Assembly: GCA_044892505.1 (NCBI GenBank)
Contig: CM097883.1
Location: 216,380,001 to 216,444,000 of the forward strand
DNA length: 64,000 nucleotides
Direction of reading: 5' to 3'
DNA from: Schmidtea nova
Taxonomy: Eukaryota
Of the stretch, positions 45,476 to 55,960 are shown piece by piece (positions within the stretch are counted from its first letter, which is position 1; the number at the start of each line of letters is the position of its first letter). A program made the position numbers and the translations under genes. The notes beneath the pieces are model-generated. The model had not been told where the DNA came from. It saw nothing but the letters and a program-made list of their open reading frames with translations, and made no database searches.

Positions 45476-46031
45476 ATGAACAACATTTCTCAATCGATTA
45501 AAGAAAATATCCGTAGGAATAGATTTGGTAATTTCTATTTTATTTATTTTATAAATTTTATAACAAATTAATTATAGGAAAAATGAATCTCAACATGAAG
45601 ATTTCAACCAATTTAAATACCGAAAAAGATACTGAAAAAGAGAATGAAAATGGTAAAAATTTTAAAAAATACTAATTTCATTATTGTTATTATTATTATT
45701 ACAGTAACAAATGTACAATTAACAACTCAATACTATGCAGCTAGCAGAAACGAAAGATTAAACGTTGATATCGATGGTAATTGTTTCTTTTATTTATTAT
45801 TATTAAATGATTAATTTAAAGCCGAAGAAACTTCCGAAATTAATATGCCCCTGATTAGGGAAGATCAAAATATGCCCCTGATTAGGGAAGATCAAAATAT
45901 GCCCCTTATTAGGGATGAACCCATGCCCCTTATTAGGGATGAACCCATGCCCCTTATTAGGGAAGAAAGTATGCCCCTTATTAGGGATGTTGCTGCACCA
46001 GAAGATGATCGCTATAATGGTCGGCAGAAAT
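45476..46031 (+). CDS. Multi-exon ORF with MPLIR(E/D) repeats; exons 45476-45527, 45578-45652, 45705-45776, 45822-46031 (3' end unresolved)
   Basis: Three GT-AG introns (50, 52, 45 nt) all in phase 1 keep one frame that matches ORF 45845-46096; probable further donor GTACGT at 46032. Confidence 0.6.
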
Positions 46032-46199
46032 GTACGTTTTTATTTATTTTTTATAAATTATTTATAAATTATTTATTTCAATTTTTTATAAATTAACTTT
46101 TATTGTACAAATTTTATTTATAAGTTCTATTTTATTATTTAATTATAACATCAAAGTTATTAAATAATAAAATAGTAATTATAAATAAATATTATACAA

Positions 46200-46490
46200 T
46201 AAAAATAAACTATGAAAATTTTATTTAAATGATCGATTTTATGACAATGAAACTATGAAAATTTTATTTAAATGATCGATTTTATGACAATGAAACTATG
46301 AAAATTTTATTTAAATGTTCGATTTTATGACAATGAAACTATGAAAATTTTATTTAAATGATCGATTTTATGACAATGAAACTATGAAAATTTTATTATA
46401 ATGATCGATTTTATGACAATGAAAATTTTATTATAATGATCGATTTTATGACTATGAAAATTTTATTAAAAAGATTGATTTTATGACAAT
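46200..46490. repeat. 43-bp tandem repeat (~6 copies) upstream of PolB
   Basis: Unit AAACTATGAAAATTTTATTTAAATGATCGATTTTATGACAATG at 46207, 46250 and onward. Confidence 0.9.
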
Positions 46491-46661
46491 CTTATTTTAT
46501 GAGAAAATATATTTTATGAGAAATGATAAATTATAATATTTTTATGATACATGACATTATTATACATCCGATATTGAATTTATAGTTTAAATTCAATATC
46601 GATTGTATAATAATTATTATATACTTTATAACATTATTTTTTATAATAAAATCTTGATATT

Positions 46662-49600
46662 TTGATAAATTTAGGTAAACTATACAGTTCTTATTGTAAT
46701 AGTACTTTTCATAATGACTGTCATAGTCTTATGGAAAAGTACTATTATTACAAATATAATAGTATTTTTTACCTTATTTGCCCTACTTGCAAAACTTTAC
46801 AAACATGCACATACATCGAATTCTACAATACACATAGAAACCATTTAACACAATTCAATGGTTCTAAAAAGAATTTGTTTAACTCCATTTTTGCTAATAC
46901 TATTAAACAAAATAATGTGGACAGTGTTCCCAAATTATTAAAAAGTAATGTGGACTGCGTTCCCAAACAAGTAATTATTAATGTGGACTCTGTCCCAATC
47001 TCTTGCAATGTGGACTGTGTTCCCAACCAAATAATCAATAATGTGGAATGTGTTCCCAAATTATTAAAAAGAACAAATACAGAAACAGTTTGTGAAACAC
47101 CAAATAAAATAGGTAAATTTGAGGTTATTGATATAAGTGACGATGATGACGATGTGGTTGTTATTTCGTCAGATGAAGAGGAAATAGACCCTATAGTTTT
47201 AAACTGTTACTCTGTTAAGCAAATAGGTTTAGGGTTAATATCTGTTGATTCTGATCTCAATAATTCGCACATCATCGTTAAGATGGATGTTGCACATTTA
47301 AATTTAAATAATCTTTCTGTTCCATCTCTTTTACTAGAAAAATTAACATCGATTATTTCTGCCATGAAATCTGTTAAGATCCAATTTTGTATAAAGGTTG
47401 AAATGATGAAAGACGATGAATACCAGTCTTTTGTCATTTCAAATTCAGCGCGTGTATGGACGACTGATTTCATTGATGAGGGCGTTACACATCTCAACGA
47501 AAAAATTATCCAAATGAACGAGAAGGGTTCAAATTGGAAATTAAATAAAATAGAATATATTAGTTTTGTAATAACGAAATACTCTGAAATTACCAGATTA
47601 AGAGGTAAAAAATTTCTTTCAACACCGAAATCTTTACTGAATAAGGATTGCATTATCAATGTCAATAACACCGACAATCTTTGCTTCCTTTATAGTGTCT
47701 TGTCTGTTAAAAATTATAATCAGGTTGATGATGAAATTCGACATTTACCAACAACTTATAACTTGACATCACTTCGCTTTGATATAAATGATATGCCAAT
47801 GAAGCTAAGTAACATTAGCAGATTTGAATTATCAAACCCCGGTTATGCAATTAATGTATTATCGTATGACGAAAATGCGTTAGTTGACTTGACTAATAAA
47901 AGTGAAGTGATGAAACATCCATTCATCGATATTATCTATAAAAGTAAAGTAGTGGGGGGCACTGTCATAAACCTACTTTTAATTGAAAATAAAAAAGAAT
48001 TTCATTACGCAGGAATATATAACATCGACAAATTTTTAAATTGTAAAACTTCGGCGATAACCCCAGTGAGAATTTATAATAAATGGTGTCCTAGGTGCTT
48101 GCATGGCTTCCGTAATTCAGATACATTCAAGAGACATCGTGGTCTTTGTGATGCCAACCAAATAGGCACAACTTTGTATACACTTCCTAATAATAAATTT
48201 TTACGTTTTAGCGACTGGACGAAGACAGTGACCCCTCCTTTTGTAATTTATGCCGATTTTGAGGCAATTTTACCTCGCGACTCGAAATATTACCAAAAAC
48301 ATTTGCCCATTTCTGCGGGTTTATTACTTATTAATAATTTCACTGGGGTTAAATTATATAAATCCTTCTATGGCCTTGATTGCGTTGCCAAATTCCTGCA
48401 AGAAATTGAAAATATAAGTCGAAAAATTGTAACGCCCTATTATTTCGCAAATAAAAATAAGCAAATAATATTAACCTACGAAGACATGCAACATTTTTCT
48501 TATGCAACACACTGCTACTTGTGTGAAAATATTTTAGTAAATCCTGTTAAAGACCACGATCACTTTACAGGTGCTTACCTAGGAGCAGCATGCAACGAAT
48601 GTAATATAAATAGGCAAATTCGACACACTTTGCCGATAGTTTTTCATAATCTACGGGGATATGATTTACATCATATCCTCAAATTCGGACTTTCTAAATA
48701 CGAATCGTGGAACATTAGCTGTGTTCCTGTCACCAGTGAGAAGTTTCTCAGTCTTTTTGCGAGAATCGGATCACTCACAGTGAAGTTTATCGATTCGTAT
48801 CAATTTGCCAGCGAATCTCTAAATAACTTAGTAAAAACTCTAACATCTTTTCCTCTTACTTCTTCGGAATTTACCGGGACTATTATCACCAGTAAGGGAA
48901 TTTTTCCATATGATGTTGCTACATCTTTATCTGTCTTGAGGTCGATCACTGAATTGCCGCCGATTTGGGAAGGTGTCGAAATTGCTGATTATGAAAAGGC
49001 AAAAGAAATATGGAGAGAAAATTCGTGTACCTCATTATTTGATTATATGATGGTTTACATGAAACTCGACATATTTCTTTTGGCTGATTATTTTCAACAA
49101 TTTCGTGCAAAGAGTATAGCTCATAATAAACTTGAGCCGTTGAATTTTTTGGGTATACCAGGTATGAGCTGGTGTTCTGCATTAATGACTTTGGAATCTC
49201 CTATCGAGCTTTTGCAAGATATGGAGATGTACAACTTTTTTGAGGGTGGAATCAGGGGCGGCCTCACTTTCGTTAATAAACATCATGTTAAATCAGGCCC
49301 AGATACAGAGTTGCTGTATATAGATATTAATAATCTGTATGGCTGGGCTCTTTCACAAAACTTACCGGACGGGGACTTTGTTTGGGTCACGGATGACCAC
49401 TTGCTTCATGACATCTTGTTGGAGTGCACTACGGTTGATTTATGTTCACTTAACTATGGTTATACCATAGAAGTGGATTTAGAGATACCGGCATCTATTC
49501 ACGACTTACTGGATGATTTACCAGTAGCTGCTGAAAAGATGTGTGTGCCAGGTTCGAAGGTGCATAAGTTGCTTTTGACGCACATGCCTAAGAAAAACTA

Positions 49601-50708
49601 TGTGCTTCATTGGCGACTTTTGCAGATGTTTCTGAGGTTAGGTGTTGTAGTGACCAAAATACATCGAGCTATTAAATACCATCAAAGTAGGCTTTTTAAG
49701 AAATACGTTGATACAAATACTGCTTTGAGAGCTTCTTCCACCACGAAACTCGACAAAAATTATTTTAAGTTATTAAATAACAGTCTCTACGGCAAAACCG
49801 TAGAGAATCTGAAAAAACGTATAAATTTAAGACTGTGCAATTCGGCACGTAAATTAATAACATATAGCAGTAGCCCGTATTTTAGGAAATCAACGAAAAT
49901 TGACCATAATCTTATATCAGTGCTTTTGAGGAAGGAGTCTGTGTGTTTAGATAGGCCAAGTTATATAGGACAGACGGTCTTGGACTTGTCTAAACTAAGA
50001 ATGTATGAACTACAATATATAGAGTTAGAGAAATATAGGAAAGAGTTTAATTGTAAGATTAATATTGCAGCAGGAGACACAGACTCCTTTTTTCTTGAAA
50101 TTGTTAATTGTAGGCTTTCTGTTCTTTTGCCCGCTATGGTGAGGGATCAACTTTTAGATACTTCGAACTATGACCCGAGCCATCCCTTATTTTCGCGTAA
50201 TTTGGATTCAGTTATAGGAAAGTTTAAGGACGAAAATAAGGGCTTCAAATATGAAGAGTGGGTTTTTCTTCGCCCTAAATGCTATAGTTTACTTGGCGAC
50301 GAGGAGTGTTTAAAAGCCAAGGGCATATGTTTGGCTACTGCGGGACTTAACCATTCGCATTACCTAGACTGTTACACAACAAGTAAAATATATAAAGTCC
50401 CGCAGTTTCGTATAGTCTCAAAAAATCATCAGGTTTATAGTGTCAAAAATACAAAAACGGCACTCAATTGCAACGACGACAAACGCAATTGGGTGTCGAA
50501 AAACAAAAGTTTTGCATATGGGCACTATAGGGTAGAAAATACTATTATAGGTTATGATGAAACAATTACCCCAGCCGAACCTGATGGATTTGATGATGAG
50601 GAGTTCGATGATGGCGAAACGGCTGAATCGCGCAGACTCCACGAATACCTGGTGAGGATGGAGCAGCAATTGCGTGATCAGCCATCTACATCCACCGGTA
50701 TATATTGA
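46662..50708 (+). CDS. Protein-primed family B DNA polymerase with a terminal-protein-like N-terminal region
   Basis: CFLYSVLS, YADFE, EndoVII-like KDHDHFTG, FHNLRGYD, YIDINNLYG, KLLNNSLYGKT, AGDTDS. N-terminal NVD(S/C)VP repeats. True start uncertain (the ORF-track start is TTG). Confidence 0.96.
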   Translation: MINLGKLYSSYCNSTFHNDCHSLMEKYYYYKYNSIFYLICPTCKTLQTCTYIEFYNTHRNHLTQFNGSKKNLFNSIFANTIKQNNVDSVPKLLKSNVDCVPKQVIINVDSVPISCNVDCVPNQIINNVECVPKLLKRTNTETVCETPNKIGKFEVIDISDDDDDVVVISSDEEEIDPIVLNCYSVKQIGLGLISVDSDLNNSHIIVKMDVAHLNLNNLSVPSLLLEKLTSIISAMKSVKIQFCIKVEMMKDDEYQSFVISNSARVWTTDFIDEGVTHLNEKIIQMNEKGSNWKLNKIEYISFVITKYSEITRLRGKKFLSTPKSLLNKDCIINVNNTDNLCFLYSVLSVKNYNQVDDEIRHLPTTYNLTSLRFDINDMPMKLSNISRFELSNPGYAINVLSYDENALVDLTNKSEVMKHPFIDIIYKSKVVGGTVINLLLIENKKEFHYAGIYNIDKFLNCKTSAITPVRIYNKWCPRCLHGFRNSDTFKRHRGLCDANQIGTTLYTLPNNKFLRFSDWTKTVTPPFVIYADFEAILPRDSKYYQKHLPISAGLLLINNFTGVKLYKSFYGLDCVAKFLQEIENISRKIVTPYYFANKNKQIILTYEDMQHFSYATHCYLCENILVNPVKDHDHFTGAYLGAACNECNINRQIRHTLPIVFHNLRGYDLHHILKFGLSKYESWNISCVPVTSEKFLSLFARIGSLTVKFIDSYQFASESLNNLVKTLTSFPLTSSEFTGTIITSKGIFPYDVATSLSVLRSITELPPIWEGVEIADYEKAKEIWRENSCTSLFDYMMVYMKLDIFLLADYFQQFRAKSIAHNKLEPLNFLGIPGMSWCSALMTLESPIELLQDMEMYNFFEGGIRGGLTFVNKHHVKSGPDTELLYIDINNLYGWALSQNLPDGDFVWVTDDHLLHDILLECTTVDLCSLNYGYTIEVDLEIPASIHDLLDDLPVAAEKMCVPGSKVHKLLLTHMPKKNYVLHWRLLQMFLRLGVVVTKIHRAIKYHQSRLFKKYVDTNTALRASSTTKLDKNYFKLLNNSLYGKTVENLKKRINLRLCNSARKLITYSSSPYFRKSTKIDHNLISVLLRKESVCLDRPSYIGQTVLDLSKLRMYELQYIELEKYRKEFNCKINIAAGDTDSFFLEIVNCRLSVLLPAMVRDQLLDTSNYDPSHPLFSRNLDSVIGKFKDENKGFKYEEWVFLRPKCYSLLGDEECLKAKGICLATAGLNHSHYLDCYTTSKIYKVPQFRIVSKNHQVYSVKNTKTALNCNDDKRNWVSKNKSFAYGHYRVENTIIGYDETITPAEPDGFDDEEFDDGETAESRRLHEYLVRMEQQLRDQPSTSTGIY

Positions 50709-51833
50709 GGTAAATTTATTTATTATTTTATTCATTTTCATTATTATTATTATTATTATTATAGACTATACGCCAATAGGAAAAAGAAGAAGAAAAATAT
50801 TAAGAAGAATATTGATGATTTTTACTATGAACAAAGCTTTATTTGGAATAAATTGAATGGAAATAAATTTTTTAATTTAAAATAATTGTTGTTTTTTCCC
50901 TATTGGGTTATATTTTTTAAATATTTGTTGAATTTTATTTTTATAAGTTTTTATTATTTTTGTTAATATTATATTTTTTCTATGNNNNNNNNNNNNNNNN
51001 NNNNNNNNNNNNNNNNNNNNNNNNNNNNNNNNNNNNNNNNNNNNNNNNNNNNNNNNNNNNNNNNNNNNNNNNNNNNNNNNNNNNNNNNNNNNNNNNNNNN
51101 NNNNNNNNNNNNNNNNNNNNNNNNNNNNNNNNNNNNNNNNNNNNNNNNNNNNNNNNNNNNNNNNNNNNNNNNNNNNNNNNNNNNNNNNNNNNNNNNNNNN
51201 NNNNNNNNNNNNNNNNNNNNNNNNNNNNNNNNNNNNNNNNNNNNNNNNNNNNNNNNNNNNNNNNNNNNNNNNNNNNNNNNNNNNNNNNNNNNNNNNNNNN
51301 NNNNNNNNNNNNNNNNNNNNNNNNNNNNNNNNNNNNNNNNNNNNNNNNNNNNNNNNNNNNNNNNNNNNNNNNNNNNNNNNNNNNNNNNNNNNNNNNNNNN
51401 NNNNNNNNNNNNNNNNNNNNNNNNNNNNNNNNNNNNNNNNNNNNNNNNNNNNNNNNNNNNNNNNNNNNNNNNNNNNNNNNNNNNNNNNNNNNNNNNNNNN
51501 NNNNNNNNNNNNNNNNNNNNNNNNNNNNNNNNNNNNNNNNNNNNNNNNNNNNNNNNNNNNNNNNNNNNNNNNNNNNNNNNNNNNNNNNNNNNNNNNNNNN
51601 NNNNNNNNNNNNNNNNNNNNNNNNNNNNNNNNNNNNNNNNNNNNNNNNNNNNNNNNNNNNNNNNNNNNNNNNNNNNNNNNNNNNNNNNNNNNNNNNNNNN
51701 NNNNNNNNNNNNNNNNNNNNNNNNNNNNNNNNNNNNNNNNNNNNNNNNNNNNNNNNNNNNNNNNNNNNNNNNNNNNNNNNNNNNNNNNNNNNNNNNNNNN
51801 NNNNNNNNNNNNNNNNNNNNNNNNNNNNNNNNN

Positions 51834-52916
51834 AGAAGAACGCGCGTTTCACGCGCGTTCAATGAGTACTGTGATTTGTCTTATAAAACAAGGAAGAAGA
51901 ACGCGCGTTTCACGCGCGTTCAATGAGTACTGTGATTTGTCTTAAACACACACACACACAATTTATCTCTGTACAAAATTATTATTATTAAATATTATAT
52001 TTCATTAGTCTTTGTTTCGTTGCACATGGATTGCATTGTCTTTGTTTCTTTGCACATGGATTGCATTGTCTTTGTTAATATTTATTGATGAGTCATACTG
52101 ATGAGTCATACTGATGAGTCATACTGATGAGTCATACTGATGAGTCATACTGATGAGTCATACTGATGAGTCATACCAATGAGTGATACTGATGAGTCAT
52201 ATTGATGAGTCATACTAATGAGTCATCCCAATGAGTCATACTGATGAGTCATTAAGAAAACCGTACTTACCTTTATATCCTTGTTTTGTACCCTTTGAAG
52301 GTTGAGCACCCACCATAGACCTTGGAAGGTATGACCATTGTGTGCACCCTTCAATTACCTTTTGTTTGATATGTATATTATAAGGATTGTAAAAGGTTGA
52401 AGGTTTTTGACCCCTTGAAGGTTAAGGATCCTCCATACACCTTCGAGGGTATGACCATCTTACTTACCTCCCAATTACCTTTTGTTTGATATGTATATTA
52501 TAAGGATTGTAAAAGGTTGAAGGTTTTTGACCCCTTTGAAGGTTAAGGATCCTCCATACACCCTCGAGGGTATGACCATTGGATAGACCTTTAAAAGACC
52601 TTTCGAATGATACCCTTGTTTGAAGGTCTGACCTTATCGGACCCTTGGGAATTTAAATTTAAAATTTGAATTTGAAATGAGTCATCGATGACGTCATAAA
52701 ATTCAAATTTGAAATGAGTCATCGATGACGTCATCGATGAGTCATCGATGAGTCATGTGATGAGTCATCGATGAGTCATCGATGAGTCATCGATGACGTC
52801 ATTTATGAGTCATCGATGACGTCATTTATGAGTCATCGGGGGGGGTCATGGATGACTCATCGATGACGTCATTTCCTTTGTTCTGCGATGACTCATGGTG
52901 CACACTTCTGTCTACT
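51834..52916 (-). repeat. Right TIR (at least 1083 bp; inner boundary in the N gap)
   Basis: Reverse complement of the left TIR. Confidence 0.95.
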
Positions 52917-53939
52917 TCCATTCGTTTGCGGGTGATATGGTGAAGTTCTCAATTTTGCTATTCTGAAATAGTTTGTCACCTCGTTCAATAACTCACTCAT
53001 AAAATTAGTTCCTTGGTCTGTGAGTATTTGTTTTGGAGTTCCGTATCTGCAACATATTTCTTCCACTAGAATTTTTGCTACGGTTTTTGCTCTTTGGTCT
53101 TGCATGGCAAATGCTTCCGGGAATTTCGTCAGATAATCCGTTATTACCAATATATAAATATTTCCGTTTAAACTTTCTGGTAATGGTCCTATTACGTCCA
53201 TTGCTATAGTTGTCATTGGCTCTGCTGGTATCGGCATTGGTTGTAGCGGGTTCTTCCATTTCTTCCCACTATCCTTTCTGGTTGCGCAAGTTAGACAATT
53301 TTTAATCCATTCCTTTATATCTTCTTCCATTGTTCGCCAATAATATTTTTGTCTCATACGATTCATGGTCTTTTTCTCGGACATATGACCTCCCAATTTC
53401 CCATCATGGTATTGGATCATTATCTCTTTCCTTCTGTTTTCCGGTAAACACATCAATCTCTTTTCCCCGTCTTGTATTAACAACCATCCTTTATTTATTA
53501 TGTAGCGATGTTGATATTTTCCTATATGTTCCTTTAATTCTTTATTATCTTTGAATACCTCCATGTTTCGAGATGTTAGGAACTCTATGATTTGTCCTAA
53601 TTCTTTGTCTTCTTGTTGATCTTTCTTAAGCTCGCTAAAATCTAAATCTTCTGCTATTAATACACAAATTCGTTGTACATCAGGATCGGTTAATTCCGGA
53701 AATGTCAGTCTTGACATACAGTCTGCATTCGCATTTGCTCGTCCTGATTTAAATTTTATGTCCGGTGAGTACTCCTGTAACTGCATTGCCCATCGCATTA
53801 GTCTACTAGATGTTTCCTTGTGCTGTCCTAACCATACAAGCGGTTGGTGATCTGTTGTTATGCAGATGATGTGTCCCCATAATAAATATTTAAAGTGTTT
53901 AATAGCTAATATAATCGCTAATGCTTCCCGTTCTGTCAC
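52917..53939 (-). CDS. Retroelement Pol middle part: RNase H end and integrase N-half
   Basis: TEREALAIILAIKHF, TDHQPL, GRANANADCMSR; HHCC zinc finger; IAMDVIGPL (D1), TDQGTNF (D2); ends YHPQTNG at the TSD. Confidence 0.93.
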
Positions 53940-55960
53940 TGAGTAATTTTCTCATGCTTTTTGAATGTTCGGCTATAATATCCGATTACCCGTTCCTTTC
54001 CTTCGTCGTCGTATTGTCCTAATACGGCTCCTGCTGCATATCCGCTTGCATCTGTTGCAAGTAGGAATGGCTTCTTGAAGTCTGGGTGTACCAATATGGG
54101 TGCGGTTATCAGTTTATCTCTCAATGTTTCAAAAGCTGTTTGTTGTTCATCTCCCCATATGAATGATACATCTTTCTTTACCAGCTCCTGTATAGGCTTT
54201 GCGATTCCGGCGTAATCTTTTATAAACTTTCTATAATATCCACATAATCCGAGGAATTCTTGTATTTGGGTTATTGTTTTTGGTACTGGGCATTCTTTTA
54301 CTTTGTCGATATTTCTAGGATCCGGTTCTTTTCCTTTTGCTGACACTATATGTCCTAAAAATGTAACCTTTTCTTTTGCCCAATCGCATTTTGATGGCTT
54401 GAGTTTTAACTTCCATTGTCTAAGCCTAACGAATACATCTCGAATATCCTGTATGTGTTGTTCAAACGTGCTAAAATAAATTAATAAGTCGTCTATGTAG
54501 ACCATACACTGCTTTATTCCATGGGTGACGAAAGTCATGCATCTCTGAAATGATGCTGGTGCGTTCGTTAATCCAAATGGCATCTTTCGAAATTGATATA
54601 GGTCTCTACCGATGGTAAAGGCAGTTTTCTCTTTATCTTCTTCCTTCATTTTTATTTGCCAATATCCGCTTTTCAGATCTAACGACGTAAAATATGCTGC
54701 TCCCTGTAAGGTTAATAACATTTCATTGATGTCCGGTAATGGGTAGGTATCTCTTTTTGTCACTGTATTCAATCTTCGATAGTCGATGCAGAATCTCTGT
54801 GTTCCGTCTTTTTTCTTTACCATTACCACTGGAAATTGCCAGGGTGAACAACTGGGTTCGATTACTTCTGCATCCAACATTTTCTTCACTTCTGCTTCTG
54901 CTACTGCTTTCTGTGCTTCCGCTAATTTGTACGGCCTTAATGCAATTGGTGTTTCATCTGTTAATGGTATTGTATGTAGTGTGACATCACATGTTCCTAG
55001 ATCTAAATCGGATGCTGCAAATATGTCCTTATACTCCATCAAAAGTTTTTCTAACTGCTTCTTTTGATCCTCATTTAATAATTCACTATCAATATTCCAG
55101 GTTGGTTCTTTATCTTCCTCTGCTCCTTCTATTGGTAGTTCGATATCCATCATTGGGGTTAATTTACCTAATCTTTCGTTTTCGTAGATTATTTTGTCCT
55201 CCTCGTCGAAATTTACCACGTTTATTGGGATTTCTCCATTATCATTTATGTTGACTAATCCTCTTGCCATTGGCAACGCTTTTCTTTTCTCGAATCTCTT
55301 ACTTGGTTCGAAAATCATATCCCCTTGGATTGTCGGGTCTATTTTTACGTAACATATTTTTTCCTTTCTTGCGGGTATTATCATTTGCTTTGAACTTGTC
55401 ACTTTGGCTTCTATTGCGCATATTTGTCCTGTGCGATCCTTTAGTCTCATTGTTCCGAGGTCGATTACAATCTCTTTAAATAGTGCTGGCATCAAATCTG
55501 TTCCGATAATGCAAGGTACGCTTAATGCTGGTATGACAGCTACGTACGTATCGATTTCCGTGTTTAAATGGCGTATTTTTACCCACCATCTTCCTGCTAC
55601 TTCTACAACTTCTTTGCTACATGCAATTACATGGACGTTTGTCCTTTCTATTTCCCGTCTTTGCTCTTGTGGTATCCATTTGATGTCGATGGCGGAAATG
55701 TTTGCTCCATTGTCGATCATTGCTTCGATTTCTCTTCCGTTAATTTCTATTGTCGTGGTTAATACTGGACCTGTGTTTGATGACATTACGGCGATCGTGT
55801 GTGTATCTCCTTGTGGATCTACGCTTCTACATCTTCTCATTTTATAATCTTCTGGTATCATGGGGTATACATTTGTCATTGGCATCATTTGCATTGTGCT
55901 ATTTTTCCTCCTTGTAGTGGTTCTTGATACATTGTTGGTGGAGGTGCGTAACATTTCCAT
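53936..55960 (-). CDS. Retroelement Pol 5' part: aspartic protease, reverse transcriptase and RNase H start; frameshift at ~53947
   Basis: AMIDNGAN, RFCIDYRRLN, LDLKSGYWQI, FGLTNAPASFQ, VYIDD, LATDAS. Adding one A to GAGAAAATTAC restores HEKNYSVTERE and joins the next ORF. Confidence 0.95.
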   Translation of the reverse strand: MEMLRTSTNNVSRTTTRRKNSTMQMMPMTNVYPMIPEDYKMRRCRSVDPQGDTHTIAVMSSNTGPVLTTTIEINGREIEAMIDNGANISAIDIKWIPQEQRREIERTNVHVIACSKEVVEVAGRWWVKIRHLNTEIDTYVAVIPALSVPCIIGTDLMPALFKEIVIDLGTMRLKDRTGQICAIEAKVTSSKQMIIPARKEKICYVKIDPTIQGDMIFEPSKRFEKRKALPMARGLVNINDNGEIPINVVNFDEEDKIIYENERLGKLTPMMDIELPIEGAEEDKEPTWNIDSELLNEDQKKQLEKLLMEYKDIFAASDLDLGTCDVTLHTIPLTDETPIALRPYKLAEAQKAVAEAEVKKMLDAEVIEPSCSPWQFPVVMVKKKDGTQRFCIDYRRLNTVTKRDTYPLPDINEMLLTLQGAAYFTSLDLKSGYWQIKMKEEDKEKTAFTIGRDLYQFRKMPFGLTNAPASFQRCMTFVTHGIKQCMVYIDDLLIYFSTFEQHIQDIRDVFVRLRQWKLKLKPSKCDWAKEKVTFLGHIVSAKGKEPDPRNIDKVKECPVPKTITQIQEFLGLCGYYRKFIKDYAGIAKPIQELVKKDVSFIWGDEQQTAFETLRDKLITAPILVHPDFKKPFLLATDASGYAAGAVLGQYDDEGKERVIGYYSRTFKKHEKITQ

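Larger units (their letters stand above)
35137..52916 (+). mobile_element. Complete Maverick/Polinton A (17,780 bp including an 849-N gap) with 6-bp TSD TCCATT
   Basis: Termini AGTAGACAGAAG...CTTCTGTCTACT; TCCATT at 35131-35136 and 52917-52922; ATPase, integrase, minor and major capsid, protease and PolB are all present. Confidence 0.97.

Noticed and set aside
2565-46490. Regular repeats (2565-2768, 35.2-36.0 kb, 46.2-46.5 kb) as CRISPR arrays
   Set aside because: Head-to-tail tandem units without unique spacers, no cas genes, eukaryotic context.
50960-51926. ORFs spanning N runs (also 13042-13413)
   Set aside because: Artefacts of assembly gaps.
52085-52255. Repeated CTGATGAG resembling the hammerhead ribozyme core
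   Set aside because: No paired GAAA or stems; it is simply the reverse strand of the 13-bp AP-1 array.
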